A stretch of DNA of 64,000 nt from Octopus vulgaris. Its lineage: Eukaryota. The translations under genes and the position numbers were made by a program. Location: NCBI GenBank assembly GCA_951406725.2, contig OX597834.1, positions 3,844,001-3,908,000 of the forward strand, in the 5' to 3' direction. The notes below the pieces were generated by a model. That model was not told the origin of the DNA. It saw only the letters and a list, made by a program, of their open reading frames with translations, and ran no database searches. Below are positions 27,230 through 40,952 of the stretch, one piece after another. The stretch's first letter is position 1; the number at the start of each line of letters is the position of its first letter.

Positions 27230-27590
27230 TGGTTGGGTCTTCTCAAATGCAACACATCACCATTCATCTCCTTCATCTCTCATCTCCGCAGGGTTTAACA
27301 TGCTGAGGCCGGGCTTCACTATTTCACAGAAATGTTTCATCCAAATAAGGCGGTTGCTACGTCTTTGTGCAGCTGTTTTTCTCATCTGTATTCTATGACT
27401 TCACCAGCTCAGTCCTCTCTCTTGCGCACTTCTAATGACTCTTATGCCAATTATTTTTTCTCTCATCACATTGTTTCCGTACATTTACACTCACTTTGTA
27501 CATCCAGCAGAGCCTGCAAGCTTCCTTTCATTCTACACTTTAAATGTACCTGAATTCTTGACACAAATTTCACAAAGTCCATCAATGCTT
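27230..27590 (-). mobile_element. Degenerate RTE-like LINE 3' fragment
   Basis: GGAAGCTTGCAGGCTCTGCTGGATG region is homologous to ~31585-31830. Confidence 0.45.
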
Positions 27591-28130
27591 AAATCCTTCA
27601 GCTAGAACCTGCATGGTTTAAAGTATAATGACTATTACACATATAGCCTAGCAGTTTATGACGTCATAAATAGAACACCTAATCTTGCGAGAAATGCTCC
27701 TTCATTGTAAAGAAATCATTTTAACTAACTTTAAAAATCACAAGTCATAATGATAATTTGTATTTGCAAAATGGAAAAATAAATTTTACCTGAGCCATCA
27801 ACCAATGGTTATACATTTAAGAAATATTATGAAATAATAAACACAAATTACTGATATTTCGCCATAAGTACCAACGACTAAACGATACTTTCTATATGTT
27901 AGGCATGTCTCCCACATTTGGCTTGTCACGATTCATAAGATAAATGAAGTAATGTTTTGATATAGAGTATTAGCATAATGTCACATGTGACAACCAAGAT
28001 ATAACATCGTGACCAGAGTTTGAGTGTGCATAGACATAAGAATTACACACTTGCACTTATGTTCTGTATGAACGTTTCATACACACACACACACACACAC
28101 GCATACACACACACACACACATAAATTTAT

Positions 28131-28503
28131 AAGTCGAGCTGGCAGAAACGACAGCACGCCGGGTGAAATGCGTAGCCGTATTTCGTCTGCCGTTACGTTC
28201 TGAGTTCAAATTCCGCCGAAGTCGACTTTGCCTTTCATCCTTCCGGGGTTGATTAAATAAATACCAGTTACGCACTGGGGTCGATATAATCGACTTAATC
28301 CGTTTCTCTGTCCTTGTTTGTCCTCTGTGTTTAGCCCCTTGTGGGTAGTAAAGAAATAGGTATTTTGTCTGTCTTCGCGCTCTGAATTCAAATTCCGCCG
28401 AGATCGACTTTGCCTTTCATCTCTTCTGGGTCGAGAAATTAAGTACCAGTTACGTACTGGGTCGATCTTATCGCCTGGACCCTTTCCCCAAAATTTCGGG
28501 TCT
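28131..28503 (+). mobile_element. SINE family B, dimeric form
   Basis: GAGCTGGCAGAAACG head plus two TTCAAATTCCGCCGA..GACTTTGCCTTTCATC units. Confidence 0.88.
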
Positions 28504-28518
28504 TTTATATATATATAA

Positions 28519-28743
28519 AGTTTTTTTACTTGTTACAGTCCTTTGACTGAGTCATGCTGTAGCACCACCTTCAGTAGAAAAATTCGACCTCAGGACTTAT
28601 TCTTTGTAGTTCAATTGTAGCTCAAGTTCAATTCTATCGGTGCCTTTTGTCGATGCGCTAACTTACGAGGACGTAAACACGCAAACGTCGTTTGTGAATC
28701 GGAGGTGGTGGGACAAACACAAATACACAAATACATACGCACT

Positions 28744-28807
<64 letters not shown>

Positions 28808-28850
28808 CATACATATATATATATACATACATACATATATATATATATAC

Positions 28851-28908
<58 letters not shown>

Positions 28909-29052
28909 GACGTGTTTCTTTAAATTTCCATCTACGAAATCCACTCACAAGTCTTTGGTCAGCCCGAGGCTATAGCAGAAGACACCTGCCCAAATGCCAC
29001 GCAGAGGGTCTCAAACCGGCAAGTTTCTTACCACACAACCATACCTGCGCGC

Positions 29053-29053
<1 letters not shown>
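28519..29053 (-). mobile_element. SINE family A, diverged
   Basis: Tail, body, expanded internal (TA)n and head are all recognisable. Confidence 0.8.
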
Positions 29054-29088
<35 letters not shown>

Positions 29089-29091
29089 ATA

Positions 29092-29985
29092 CGAGGTGAT
29101 ATAAAAAAAATTCCCCGGACTAGTTCTGCGGCGTGCCAAAAGATGGCAACATATGATTGCGTGTGCAGTGAATGCTAGCAGTGACCTCCACGAAGCGGTG
29201 TTCCGAATGAATTCGCCGTGTTCACATCTGTATTTTTTTATGGAATTTTTTTATGCTGTAGTCTGCGATTTTGTCAGGATCAAGGAGACACAATGAAATT
29301 TTGCGTTAAACTTGAGAAGTCGGTTACAGAGGCATTGACCATACTTCGGCAAGTTTACAGCGATGAGGAAATGGGTCCTAAGCAATGTTTGGTGTGGCAC
29401 GGGCGCTTCAAAAGCGGAAAGACCTGCGTGGAAGATGATAATTGATTTGGAAGACCTACCACGAGTGTCAAACCCGGAAAATTTGGTCTTGGGAATTCCT
29501 CCTCCAGTGACAGACTGTCAATCGGGAGTTCTACAGCGCTGTTTTGAAACATTTGTGGGAAGAGATTCGGCGAAAGTGATCGGATCTATGAAGCGTGAAG
29601 AATTATATTCTTCACAATGATAAGGGCACCCATCACCGAGATCTCCTCGCTCGTGAGCTCTCGCCAAAATCAAAATGGTATCACTTTCTCACCCATCTTA
29701 TTCGCCAGATTTAGCACATGCGGACTTTACTCACTTCTCCAGTCTCAAAATGCAGCTCAACGGTCGGCGTTTTAACACCGTTGTCGAGATCAAGAGTGAA
29801 TCACAGAAGGTCCTCGAGTCACGGAAAACGACTTATAGGTTGAATTCCAAAAGTGAGAGAAACACTTTTGGTGGTGTAGTGCTGTGCAAGGTGACTGTTT
29901 TGAAAAAGATTATGTTAAAACTGAAGTAAACAAGTGATTTTTTTTTTAAACATAACGAGGCCGGGAATTTGTGATACCAACTTCG
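29092..29985 (+). mobile_element. Internally deleted mariner transposon
   Basis: TA-flanked imperfect TIRs (CGAGGTGATAT..AATTCCCCGG / CCGGGAATTT..CTTCG); MKFCVKLEKS..WHGRFKSGKTCVEDD and HPSYSPDLAHADF. Confidence 0.9.
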
Positions 29986-30368
29986 TATATATCGGTGCAA
30001 GCGTGACTATGTTGTAAAAGGTTTGTTTCCCAACAACATAGTTGTACTTCCAGTCCCATTGTGTGCTGCCTCCTATAATAGCCTCCGGTCGACCACACAG
30101 TTGTTGTTGGATGCAGTAGGCGGACAAATCATAAATATATGTATATTTACGTGTGTGCGCGCGCGCGTGCGTATGTGTGTGTGCGTGTTTGTGTGCGCGT
30201 GTGATCCCCACCATGTGCTTAGCAACCGGTTTAAAAGCTTTACCTTCTCGCAACAGCAGTTCGGTAAAAAAATAGATGAGGTTTTATCAAAAATAAATGT
30301 TTGCGCTCGATTCGTTTGTGTACATTTCCTCAAGGCAGTACTCCAATATGGCCGCAGTCGAATGACTG

Positions 30369-30489
<121 letters not shown>

Positions 30490-30827
30490 GTGTGTGTCTG
30501 TGTCTGTGTGTGTTTGTGTTTGTGTGTATGTGTGTGTGTGTGTGTGTATCAGTGTGTGTTTATCACGAAAATGCTGGATATGTAACACAACCAAATCTTT
30601 GTTATGAGAAACTTATGTTAGGCTGTAAATAAAAAAAATATGTGGCATGCATTCTTTTGCTAAGATTATTGGTTTCAAATTCTCTTTCCAGCTGGTGAAG
30701 ACATATATACACCTCTTCAGTAAGGTACCTCTTGCTGTGTCTCTATCATACCGTATGATACCCCTCAATGGTGTACCACACATCTCCTGCCACTGCTAAT
30801 TAATTCTTCTAAATAACAGATTTTCCG

Positions 30828-31080
30828 GAAGGCGGTGGGTAGATTACATCGACCCCAGTGTTCATCTGGTAGTTATTTAATCGTCCACGAAAGAATGAAA
30901 GGAAAAGTCAACCCCAGCGGCATTTGAACTCAGAACGTGTAATTGGGCAGAAAAACCGCTAAGTACTATTACCAGCGAGAAAAAGTCAAAGTCGACCTCA
31001 GCGACAATTTAAACTCGGAATGTGAAGACGGAAGAAATTCCGCTAAGGACTTTTGCCGGACGTCCTAATGATTCCGCTAG
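30828..31080 (-). mobile_element. SINE family B, degenerate
   Basis: GATTACATCGACCCCAGT..TTTGAACTCAGAACGT, partly duplicated. Confidence 0.75.
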
Positions 31081-31139
31081 ATTTCTTACGACGGTAAATG
31101 AGATGTCTTAGTGAGAAGTAAATATATAGTGTTTAGTTT

Positions 31140-31900
31140 AGTGCATTCGATCTTCAACGTGATTCAAGGATCCATAGCCCGATTAATTAGGAATAAAATG
31201 AACATAAACAAGATGTATTTTGGTTTCATTCGGGCGAGAAGTACTGCTGATCTTCTCTTTATTATGCAGCTAATGCAGAAGAAGTAGTTAGTAAAATGTA
31301 AAATCCTCTACTTTGCATTTGTCACTCTAAAGAAAGATTTCGGCAGGGATTCCATTCCTTGATGTCGTGGTCGTAGCGGCCGCTTGTAAACAAATGGCTG
31401 TTGAGTGTCGTTCAAGACATGTACAAATATTTTGTCAGTAAGATGTGAGTTAAGGAACACAATGATGAATTTAGTTTGCATGTAGATGTTCGCCATGTCT
31501 CGGTTCCTCAGCCTTTTCTATTTACCAATGCTACATGTTTCTGAAACTTGGATCATGTATACAAACACATAAAAAGTAGAGTGAAAGGAAGCTCGCATGC
31601 TCTGCTGGATGTGCAAAGCTAGTTTGCTTGTACGACCAAAAAAATGTCTTGAGAGCAAAATCGGGCATAAGAAGCATTGATGCACAGCAGAGAAGGCGGA
31701 ACTGGAAATGTCATAGGACACGGATGAGTGAAAACAACCGTATAAAGACGTGGCAACCCCTAAAGTTGGATAAAACATTTGGAAGAAAACTCAGCAAGAT
31801 ATGGGATGAAGTGATGTAGAGTGACTTCAAAATTTTGAACCTTACGGAGAAGATAGGAAACGAACGAGATTAATGGTGATGTGAAGTGCTTGAAGACCAC
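31140..31900 (+). mobile_element. Degenerate, deleted RTE-clade LINE RT
   Basis: FGFIRARSTADLLFIMQLMQKK..LYFAFVTLKKDF resembles RTE GF..GRST.D..QEK..AFVDLEKAFD. Confidence 0.7.
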
Positions 31901-32064
31901 TGCCCCTCAAAGCAGAAATTAGATCCTGTCATGCCTTACTACACGGTTTATCTAACGGTCATCTTTCTGCCTATCTTGCAACTGTGGTACTATTCGCTCA
32001 GGTGACAAACAAACATTGCAAAGCGTTTAGAGTGGCGTAAAAACCTACAGAATTGGTGCTAGAG

Positions 32065-32600
32065 CATCCTTTACCTTATTTCCGACCACCGGTTGAGTAT
32101 ACGTGTGAAGAGAGCCAAAAGAAGCACTTGACCCAGACTGCCTTTTTCCAACTGTTAAATATGGAGGAGGATCTGTGATGATCTGAGATGAGGATGCATC
32201 TCTTAAATTCCCAGCCCAATTGTTTCCCTTCATGGCAGAATAAATAGTGAAGGCTATTTAAGCATTTTATCTAATCAAAGTCGTCCTATGGTTGCGCAAA
32301 TGTTTCCTGAGAGAAACGGAATCATTCAGGATGATAATGCACCAATTCACACAGCTAAAGTTGTTACTGAATGGCGGGAAAAACATTCTAGTGAAGTTAG
32401 TTCATTGGGTCACCAGAGTCCCCAGATCTCAATATTATTGAGTATTTATTGTGCATTGTATAAAAACATATAAAGAGTCGATATCCCCCACCGTATCGAT
32501 ATCATCACTACAAGAAATGGAGATTGTTTTAGCTGAGGAATGGAGAAAATTTTCTTTGCGGAAACAATTCAAATTTGTACGAGTCAATACCTCGTAGAAT
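32065..32600 (+). mobile_element. Tc1-family transposase remnant
   Basis: PTVKYGGGSVMI, IIQDDNAPIHTAKVVTEW and QSPDLNIIE motifs. Confidence 0.88.
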
Positions 32601-32671
32601 TTAAGAATATGAGTGTGTTACATAGGTGTTTGTGTATTTACGTATATATACATGTATTTAGACACACACAA

Positions 32672-32753
<82 letters not shown>

Positions 32754-33009
32754 TTATACATATATATACATGCAGATACATAAATACATATACATACACC
32801 CATACATATATAAAACATACATAGAAACGCATGCAAACGACATATCTCAATATGGATTCACGAAGTATTTAATGAAACTAAGTTTGGAAAATATATTGGT
32901 TATAGACCTGTATAGTTCTCATCAGGAAATAAACGGAAAGATAAAGTAAGAATCAGATGCAGAGATTTAAACATATTTTTATGAAATATTTTATAGATTT
33001 ATATCATAG

Positions 33010-33144
33010 TTTATTGAGAAAAGGCGTCTGTATATCCAGCAGAACATCCATCTGAGCATTTTCCAGTTATTCTGTCGCAGTTTTCGTCGTCGATACAATG
33101 ACATGTCCCTCAACAATTGCTACCAAATCTACCAGCTTCACATT
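33010..33144 (-). pseudogene. Inactivated laminin-type EGF-like exon
   Basis: TTTCAG acceptor; CEAGRFGSNC*GTCHCIDDENCDRITGKCSDGCSAGYTDAFSQ*; in-frame TGA and TAA, last Cys to Ser, donor reads CTATGA. Confidence 0.85.
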
Positions 33145-33404
33145 CTGAAAATATTAATACAAAACACAACAGATTAGATATTATTAGCTCCACACAATAA
33201 AAGTTATGGCTGTAAGAGCTCTCTTCTACAAATATATGTGAGATATCAAAGACACGCCTTTTTATTATCTTATCTTAAAGCATAACTCATGAGTTAACAT
33301 TGAAGTAGTTTTTGATGATAAATAAGAAAGTTGTTTACGCTAAGAAACATTAAATCAAATGTAGAGAATTTTAAAATATTGGAATAAAGGGTGTTTGAAA
33401 TAAC

Positions 33405-33533
33405 CTTTTTGGCAGTTGTACCCGGTGTATCCTGCTTCACACACTCCTGGACATAATCCATGTATGTGGTTACATGTTTCGGAACAATGACAGAACTTTG
33501 TACATTCGGGACCAAATCTGCCGCTGAGACATT
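33405..33533 (-). CDS. Intact phase 1-1 exon encoding an 8-Cys laminin-type EGF-like repeat (MEGF10/11, CED-1/Draper-like or EGF-repeat receptor)
   Basis: TTTCAG | CLSGRFGPECTKFCHCSETCNHIHGLCPGVCEAGYTGYNCQK | GTTATT; 129 bp. Confidence 0.85.
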
Positions 33534-33890
33534 CTGAAATAATAAAATAAAAACGTTGGCTATGAATTGCTATTATAAGAGAGTTTTATGGTATCTTATA
33601 GATGACTCAGTATGCCAGATATTGTTATATATTTTAGCATTACAGACACTAGATAGAGATGAGTATATACTTGATTCCTCATTGTATTTCAACGTGGATC
33701 AATGAAATGTAACCACAGAGAATAAGATGAAAGTATTCGCTTAAAATAAAATCCGATGAAATATCAAATATAGATAATTATAAAGAATCACGAGCAGACA
33801 AACGACTTCTTTCAGCAACTTTTGCATACGTCGCCTCCCTATATCAGAAATGGTGTTCAATGGTGATAGATTTATTAATGAATGAAAGTT

Positions 33891-34038
33891 TGGTAAGAAG
33901 CTTGCTTTCCAAACATATGGATCCGGGTTCAGTCCCACTGCATAGCACCTTGTGCATCTGTATTCTATTATAGCGTCAGGCAGCCCAAAGCCTTCTTAGT
34001 GGATTTGGTAGGCGGAAACTGAATGAAGGCAGTCGTAT
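33891..34038 (+). mobile_element. SINE family A 5' half
   Basis: GGGTTCAGTCCCACTGC..GGATTTGGTAGGCGGAAACTG followed by microsatellite. Confidence 0.8.
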
Positions 34039-34059
34039 GCATATATACACACACACACA

Positions 34060-34126
<67 letters not shown>

Positions 34127-34538
34127 TCATATATATGTGTGTGTGTGTATGTGTGTGCATGTGTGCGTTGTGTATGTTAGTGTATAAGTATGTACGTCAT
34201 GCACACATGAGTATGTGTAGATATATGTATGTATTGTTTGAAAAAGTATATAAAAAATAATAAAAAAGTAATAAATAGAATATAAGGCAAGTTTGAATTT
34301 TAACCATTGCCATTGAAAACTGTGTCATATATATGTATATATATATGTATATGTATGTGTATGTGCGTATGTATGTATGAATATATGCGTATATATATAT
34401 ATAAGTATATATATGCGTGTGTGTGTATATGTATGTGTATATATGTGTGTAGAGATGGATAAGTGTATGTGTGTATACTTTAAGATTATACATATGAGAG
34501 TATGTGTAAGTGTCTATATGATTGTGTGTACTTGTATA

Positions 34539-34995
34539 CGAGGGGCGTTCAATAAGTAATGCCCCTGACCCACTTGCAGTTGTTTGATCTAGCTGAAATT
34601 AAGTGGCGAATTACAGCTCTGAACTAATTGTGGTTTCTGATTTACAGGTGTTTGAACTGAGTCAAGTGTGAAATGGAGCCTGTTGAGTGTCGAGCTGTGA
34701 TCTGGTTTTTGTATTTGAAAGGACGCACACCACGGGAGACTTTTGATGAAATGAAAGTAACTTATGGTGATGATGCCGCATCATATGACTTGTAAAACGC
34801 TGGCATTGTGAATTCAAACATAGTCGGAACTCTGTGGAAACAGCTCCCAGATCTGGTCGCCCCCTTCTGCCGTTGATGAGACGTCTGTCCGTCAAGTTGA
34901 GGCTGCCATTTTGGAAGGTCAACGCATAACTATTCGCCAAATAGCCCATAAGGTCAAGATTAGTACCGGGTCTGTGGAAACTATCATTCATGACC
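34539..34995 (+). mobile_element. Mariner 5' half, runs into assembly gap
   Basis: TA-CGAGGGGCGTTCAATAAGTAAT TIR; ATG at 34673, MEPVECRAVIWFLYLKG..RSGRP..RITIRQIA..GSVETIIHD with frameshifts. Confidence 0.9.
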
Positions 34996-35214
34996 NNNNN
35001 NNNNNNNNNNNNNNNNNNNNNNNNNNNNNNNNNNNNNNNNNNNNNNNNNNNNNNNNNNNNNNNNNNNNNNNNNNNNNNNNNNNNNNNNNNNNNNNTATGC
35101 AAGCGAAGAATTTCTGCTCTCCCCTTTCCACCAGCGTGGGTTAAAATCAGTAAACACTATGCTTTTTCGGTAAAATCCGAAGCATTAAATAGAGAGAGAT
35201 GAATTATAATTTCA

Positions 35215-35400
35215 ACAATTGAGGGTAAAATTAATTAATTATTAATCAATTTCACCAAGTATTCAGTATGTAAAGGGACCATTTAAGGCGAATTCAAATT
35301 ATTACATTATATAAAAGGGCTTAGTAAAATAAATTACTTTGCCACATACTGAACTCATTAGAAATAGTAGCTAAAAAAAACTTTTTAAAACTATTTCTAA
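35215..35400. mobile_element. Penelope-like terminal module
   Basis: GAGGGTAAAATTAAT..TTTCACCAAG..GCCACATAC..TAGAAATAGTAGC; homologous to 50615-50830 and 54197-54425. Confidence 0.55.
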
Positions 35401-35547
35401 TACTTTATATTTACACACATATATATATATATACATATATATATGCATATATATATATACATATATACATATATATATACACATATATATATACAGATAT
35501 GTATGTATATATATACACACATATATATATATATATACACATATATT

Positions 35548-35621
<74 letters not shown>

Positions 35622-35876
35622 TTAGGAATAAATATATATTTACAGGGAAAATCAGAATAGATTAAACATATAATATAAAATATATATATATTAATTATAC
35701 AAAACCACTATGCAAAACAAACAAGGATATACTTAATCAATACATATATAAATAAATAATATAATACCATACATTATATCATGTCTTACAACGACAATAT
35801 ATACATATATATATATACAATATATATTATATACAATCATATATCAACTATATGATATATTAAAATATATATATAC

Positions 35877-36120
<244 letters not shown>

Positions 36121-36131
36121 TATATACACAC

Positions 36132-36202
<71 letters not shown>

Positions 36203-36459
36203 TATATATATATATACACATATATATATATATATACACACATATATATATATATACACACATATATATATACACACATATATATATACACACATATATA
36301 TATACACACATATATATATACACACATATATATATACACACATATATATATATACACACACATATATATACACACACACACATATATACACACACACACA
36401 TATATACACACACACACATATATACACACACACACATATATACACACACACACATATAT

Positions 36460-36508
<49 letters not shown>

Positions 36509-36971
36509 GCACACACACGCCTATGGATGCGTATATATATATATATACATATATTTTTATATATACATACGCACATACAATATAAAAATAAACTGTTCAC
36601 GACATACGATTCATTACCTTCGTTGACAGAGAAAAAGTGAGGTCGATCTGACACGTTCTGAGTGTTCATAGACCTTCTTCAGAGAAACGTTAACCTTGTT
36701 ATCCGTAGAGAAACAACCGACCATCACCATCACCAAAAGACAAACAACGTCTAATTTTTATAAATAAATACGTCTACCATTCATTTGAAAATTATCAGGA
36801 AAAAATAAAAATTGTGTAGTGCAGTTTGAATTAATTAATCCACGTTGTCAGCATGGAGACTGTTACGCAAANNNNNNNNNNNNNNNNNNNNNNNNNNNNN
36901 NNNNNNNNNNNNNNNNNNNNNNNNNNNNNNNNNNNNNNNNNNNNNNNNNNNNNNNNNNNNNNNNNNNNNNN

Positions 36972-39780
36972 ATTACCCAAGCTTCTTTATCTGCTCTCTC
37001 CTTTTCATGGGACTGATGTAGACTTTTCTCAGTTTCCATTAGCATTCTTTCGAGCCGAGACTTCTCACCACTTTTGGTGTGCTTGCTCAGGTGGTTTGCA
37101 ATCCTTGTCCGTCGTCTCATAAGAATCCTCCTTTCTCTAGGGATCCTGTATTTGTTCTTCTGTGTGCTGGCCCTGCACATTGGGACATATTTGTCACATA
37201 TGGCTTGTATTATGGACATGAAGTGTTTGTGTTTCATGTTTATGTCCGGTGTGGAGAGACATTCAGGCCAATCCTGTTTGAGGATCTCTTTCTCAATCGA
37301 CTTCCAGTTGGCTTTATGAAAGTTTAAGTTGGAGAGATGGTGGGTGCTTCATATAGGCTGTGTGTCTGCGGGGGCTTTTGTTCCATACATAGACAGCTCT
37401 ATTATGTTGTGATCCGAGATCATTGTCTGCATCACATTAACATTATGGATAATATCGATATTGTTTGTGAAGCAGAGATCCAGTATATTATCTGCCCTTG
37501 TTGGTTGCAGAACTATTTGCTCCATGAAAGAGGCATTTGTGAGATGGAGCAGGGACTCCACCTGCTGATGGTGTGTCATCCCTGGGAGCATCTGCCCCCC
37601 AGGCCATTCCACATTGGGGAGGTTAAAGTCACCCATGAAGAATACACTGTTGTGCTGTTCAAGGTTGGTGAGGACTTCTCCTATTTTTGTTAGGCAGTCT
37701 TCAAACATGCCTGAGTGTTTGGGGGCATCTGGTGGGCGATATGTAGTGCATATGACGATATTCAGTTGTCTTATGTGTACAATTTGAGTTTCACATACTG
37801 AGTTTGAATATGACAGCAGGACCTGGGGCGTGAGGTCATCTCGGATGTACATTGCAACTCCACCATGGCTCCTCCCTTTTCTATCTGTGCGTATGACTGC
37901 ATATTGTGGCATGTGTATTTCTGCATCCCCTATATCGGATCCAAGATGCGTTTCTATGAGTGCCATGCATATAGCTTGATTGCATGTCACAAGGTCTCTC
38001 AGGAATGAGATTTTCTTTTACAGTTGCTGCGCAGCAGCCCTCCTACATTCAGTAGAAATATTTTTGTGGTGTGTGTGTTGGTGTTGGTGTCTGTGGTGGC
38101 CATCCTGCATCTGTTGGAGGTGGCCTTATGTGGTGGTAGTTCCAGCTTTGTGTTTGTAGCCAGGTCAGCTGCTGAACAATTTTTTGTGCCATGCACAAAA
38201 AAGATTGCTGTTCAGCTGCTGCCCTTCTCACATTTGGGTGAAGCTGGCCACCTGTTGGGTTTCCGTGCACCACATCTGCATACCGTCTTTCAGTAGTGGT
38301 CAGTGCGCTTTTTTCCTTCTTTTAACTTTTTCTTTTTGTGTTTGTTTTTGTTCTCCCTGAGGGAGGGACCTCTGTCTCGCATCCGTGCGGTTTTGGTAGG
38401 GCCTCCGATGTGCAAAGCGACAGTTTGCACCTTCAACGCCGTACCAGCAGTCCCCCCTCAGGTAGAATTTGCAGGTGTTTCTTTCCCTGCCCTTACAGTT
38501 TTTGCTGGGGTCCCTCTGCTTTCTCTGGACAGGGCTTCCTTTAGCCTTGATTCTGTCACCCTTTACCTCCTGCTTCCCATCAATTCCAGGGTGCCTTTCC
38601 TTTCTTGCGGCCATCGCACCTCTTTGGTCTTCAGTTGTGGTGTTGGAAGCTGGACATGTGTCATCGTTTCCCTGTGTTCCAGGCTTCTCCATTTGGCTCT
38701 GGATGCTTTCCTCATCCTTTTGGCCCTCTCTGCTGCCGTCACCTCCCAGGATGATGTCCATGGTGTCCACATGTTGCCTGATTAGAGCGTACGAACGGAT
38801 AACTTCTCTCTTCTTTCGCTCTATCTGGGCGGTGGTTCTCGAAAAATTGTTGCTTTTCAGCGCCGCAGCAATAATGTCGTTCGGCGAGTCGTCCTCAGCG
38901 ATCATCCAAGCGCGGACGAACAATTGCACCTCTCTCGCAGACCAGTTTCTTGCCATTTTCTTCTAGTGAAATATAGGAACAGAGAGAGAGATAGAGAAGG
39001 AGAGATAAAATGGAGAGGGAGAAGAGAAAGGAGAAAAGCCAGGGGGGGATAGAGAGAGACGAGGGGATTGTCCTGAGAGAAGAGAGAAAGAGAGAAAATA
39101 AGAGGGAAAAAAGAGAAAGGTGAAAGAATGGCAGGTCAGCAGGGGGAGAGTGAGCGGGATAGAGGTGTAGTAGAAAGGGACAGGGTGGAAAAGTGAGACA
39201 AGAGGGTGGACCCTAGGGGGAGCAGGGAGAAGAAAGGCGGAGAGATAAAATGGAGAGGAGAGAGAGAGAGATGAAATGGAGAGGGAGAGAGAGAGAGGGC
39301 AGGATAGAGGTACCAGGGAGTGAAGTAAAGGGACAGAGAGGGTGGTGTGGAGGAAGGAGACAGAGAGAGGAAAAAGAGACAGGGGTGGTGAGCCTTAGAG
39401 GGAACAGGGAGAGGAAAGGTAGGAAGAAAAAAGGGGGAAGAGGGAGAGAGGGGGCGCAACAGAGTGTAGTAAAGGGACAGGGAGGGTGGTGTAGAGAAAG
39501 AAATAAGGGGACAGAAGGGGAAGAGGAAAAGGGGTTTGACCTGTGAAGGAGCGGAGAGGAAAGAGGCAGAGAGAGGGAGGGGGAGTAACAGAGAGAGAGG
39601 GAGAAAGAGGGCGGTATATAGATACAAGAGAGAATGAGTGAAGTTGAGGAACTGAGAGAGGGGGTGAGGTGAGAGAAAGTTGATCTGAGAGAGATGCAGA
39701 AAGAGAAACGATGGCAGAGGGAGAGAGAGGGAGGAGGGGAGAGTGAGAGCGGAAATAGAGGGTCTGGTGGATGCGGAGAC
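36972..39780 (-). mobile_element. 5' half of a CR1/L2-group LINE (pyrimidine-rich 5' UTR, ORF1, APE endonuclease, linker), cut by a gap
   Basis: FLLNVGGL, IETHL, RTDRKGRSHGGVAMYI, YRPP, MGDFNLP, NILDLCF, SDHN; LNFHKANW linker. Confidence 0.92.
38049..38956 (-). pseudogene. LINE ORF1 with N-terminal Myb/SANT-like motif and CCCH zinc finger (disrupted near 38300)
   Basis: WSAREVQLFVRAW..IAAALKSNNFSRTTAQIERK; CKFYLRGDCWYGVEGANCRFAH (C-x7-C-x8-C-x3-H). Confidence 0.7.
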
Positions 39781-39795
39781 AGATAAGGTATAAAC

Positions 39796-40107
39796 TGTAT
39801 GAGAGAGATAGAAATAGAAATGTAAGAAAGAGAAGGAGAGATTATAAAGATAGAATAGTGCGTATTTTTATATCTTTTTAATTATTATTTTCTGTTTGAA
39901 AGAACACTAATGATAACAAATAATAAAAATGTATGAGAGAGATAGAAATAGAAATGTAAGAAAGAGAAAGAGAGAGTGCGTGACAGGCACGGAGGGCGAA
40001 ATTATAAAGATTATAAAGATAGAATAGCGCGTATTTTTATATTTTTATATCTTTTTTTTTTTTTTATTATTTTCTGTTTGAAAGAACACTAATGATAACA
40101 AAATAAA
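39796..40107. repeat. Tandem duplication of a ~135-180 bp unit
   Basis: TGTATGAGAGAGATAGAAATAG...CTAATGATAACAAATAATAAA occurs twice. Confidence 0.85.
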
Positions 40108-40652
40108 TAATATAAATAATATCTTCCTTACCTTACCGGCTGAGAGAGTACTTACGTGATTCCTTTTTATAAGAAAGGAAGATAGATAGACAAGACAGAC
40201 CTTTTATATTCCTTAATCGTATTTTGTAAACAAAAGGGATTTGAGTTTCGATTTAGCACATGCAACAGTTTGACGATACTTTCCGTATTTTCCTAAGCGA
40301 TTTGGTATTAAGCAGCAAATTTTTCAGAGGCTTTTTTCAGAACACGCAGATATACATCAAAAACGAAAATATCCTTCTCAAAAATACTGTGTCTTGTTGA
40401 TTCACAGACGAAGAATAAAATTCACTTCGATTTCGGGAAGTAACACACGTGCGTTTTAACACGTGTATTCGCGAGTATGTTCTAGTTGCAAATACTATAT
40501 CAAAAGCGAAAATATTCTTCTCAAATACAGTGACTTGTTGTACTCTCACTTATATTCGCTTTGCAGACAATTTCGCTTCTGATAACATCGATCTCTGGAA
40601 GGACTTCTTTAATATTTAGGAGAGACATGTATATACTTATATATATGTATAT

Positions 40653-40779
<127 letters not shown>

Positions 40780-40870
40780 CATATATATATATATGTATAT
40801 ACATATATATATATATATGTATATACATATATATATATATATATGTATATACATATATATATATATATAT

Positions 40871-40952
40871 ATACCTGAAGAGAAAGACACAATATGGTCC
40901 CATTATTCCATCGGATTTTGGTAATTTGTGCCTTTCGAAACACGTGTAGAAT
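40871..40952 (+). ncRNA. Type I hammerhead ribozyme motif with canonical core
   Basis: AUAC-CUGAAGA-GAAAG.CACAA..UUGUG.CUUUC-GAAA-CACGUG-UA-GAAU, followed by AATAAA. Confidence 0.8.

Noticed and set aside
33010-33144. In-frame TGA read as selenocysteine
   Set aside because: Not at a Cys position, and the exon has other disabling lesions.
36647-36685. Seventh hammerhead-like motif on the minus strand
   Set aside because: One A missing from GAAA and stem II weak; at best a decayed copy.
39136-39627. 163-aa Leu/Pro/Ser ORF
   Set aside because: Low-complexity polypyrimidine LINE 5' UTR.
40125-40330. Minus-strand GTAAGT/GTAAGG donors as first exon of the EGF gene
   Set aside because: No ATG or convincing signal peptide in frame.
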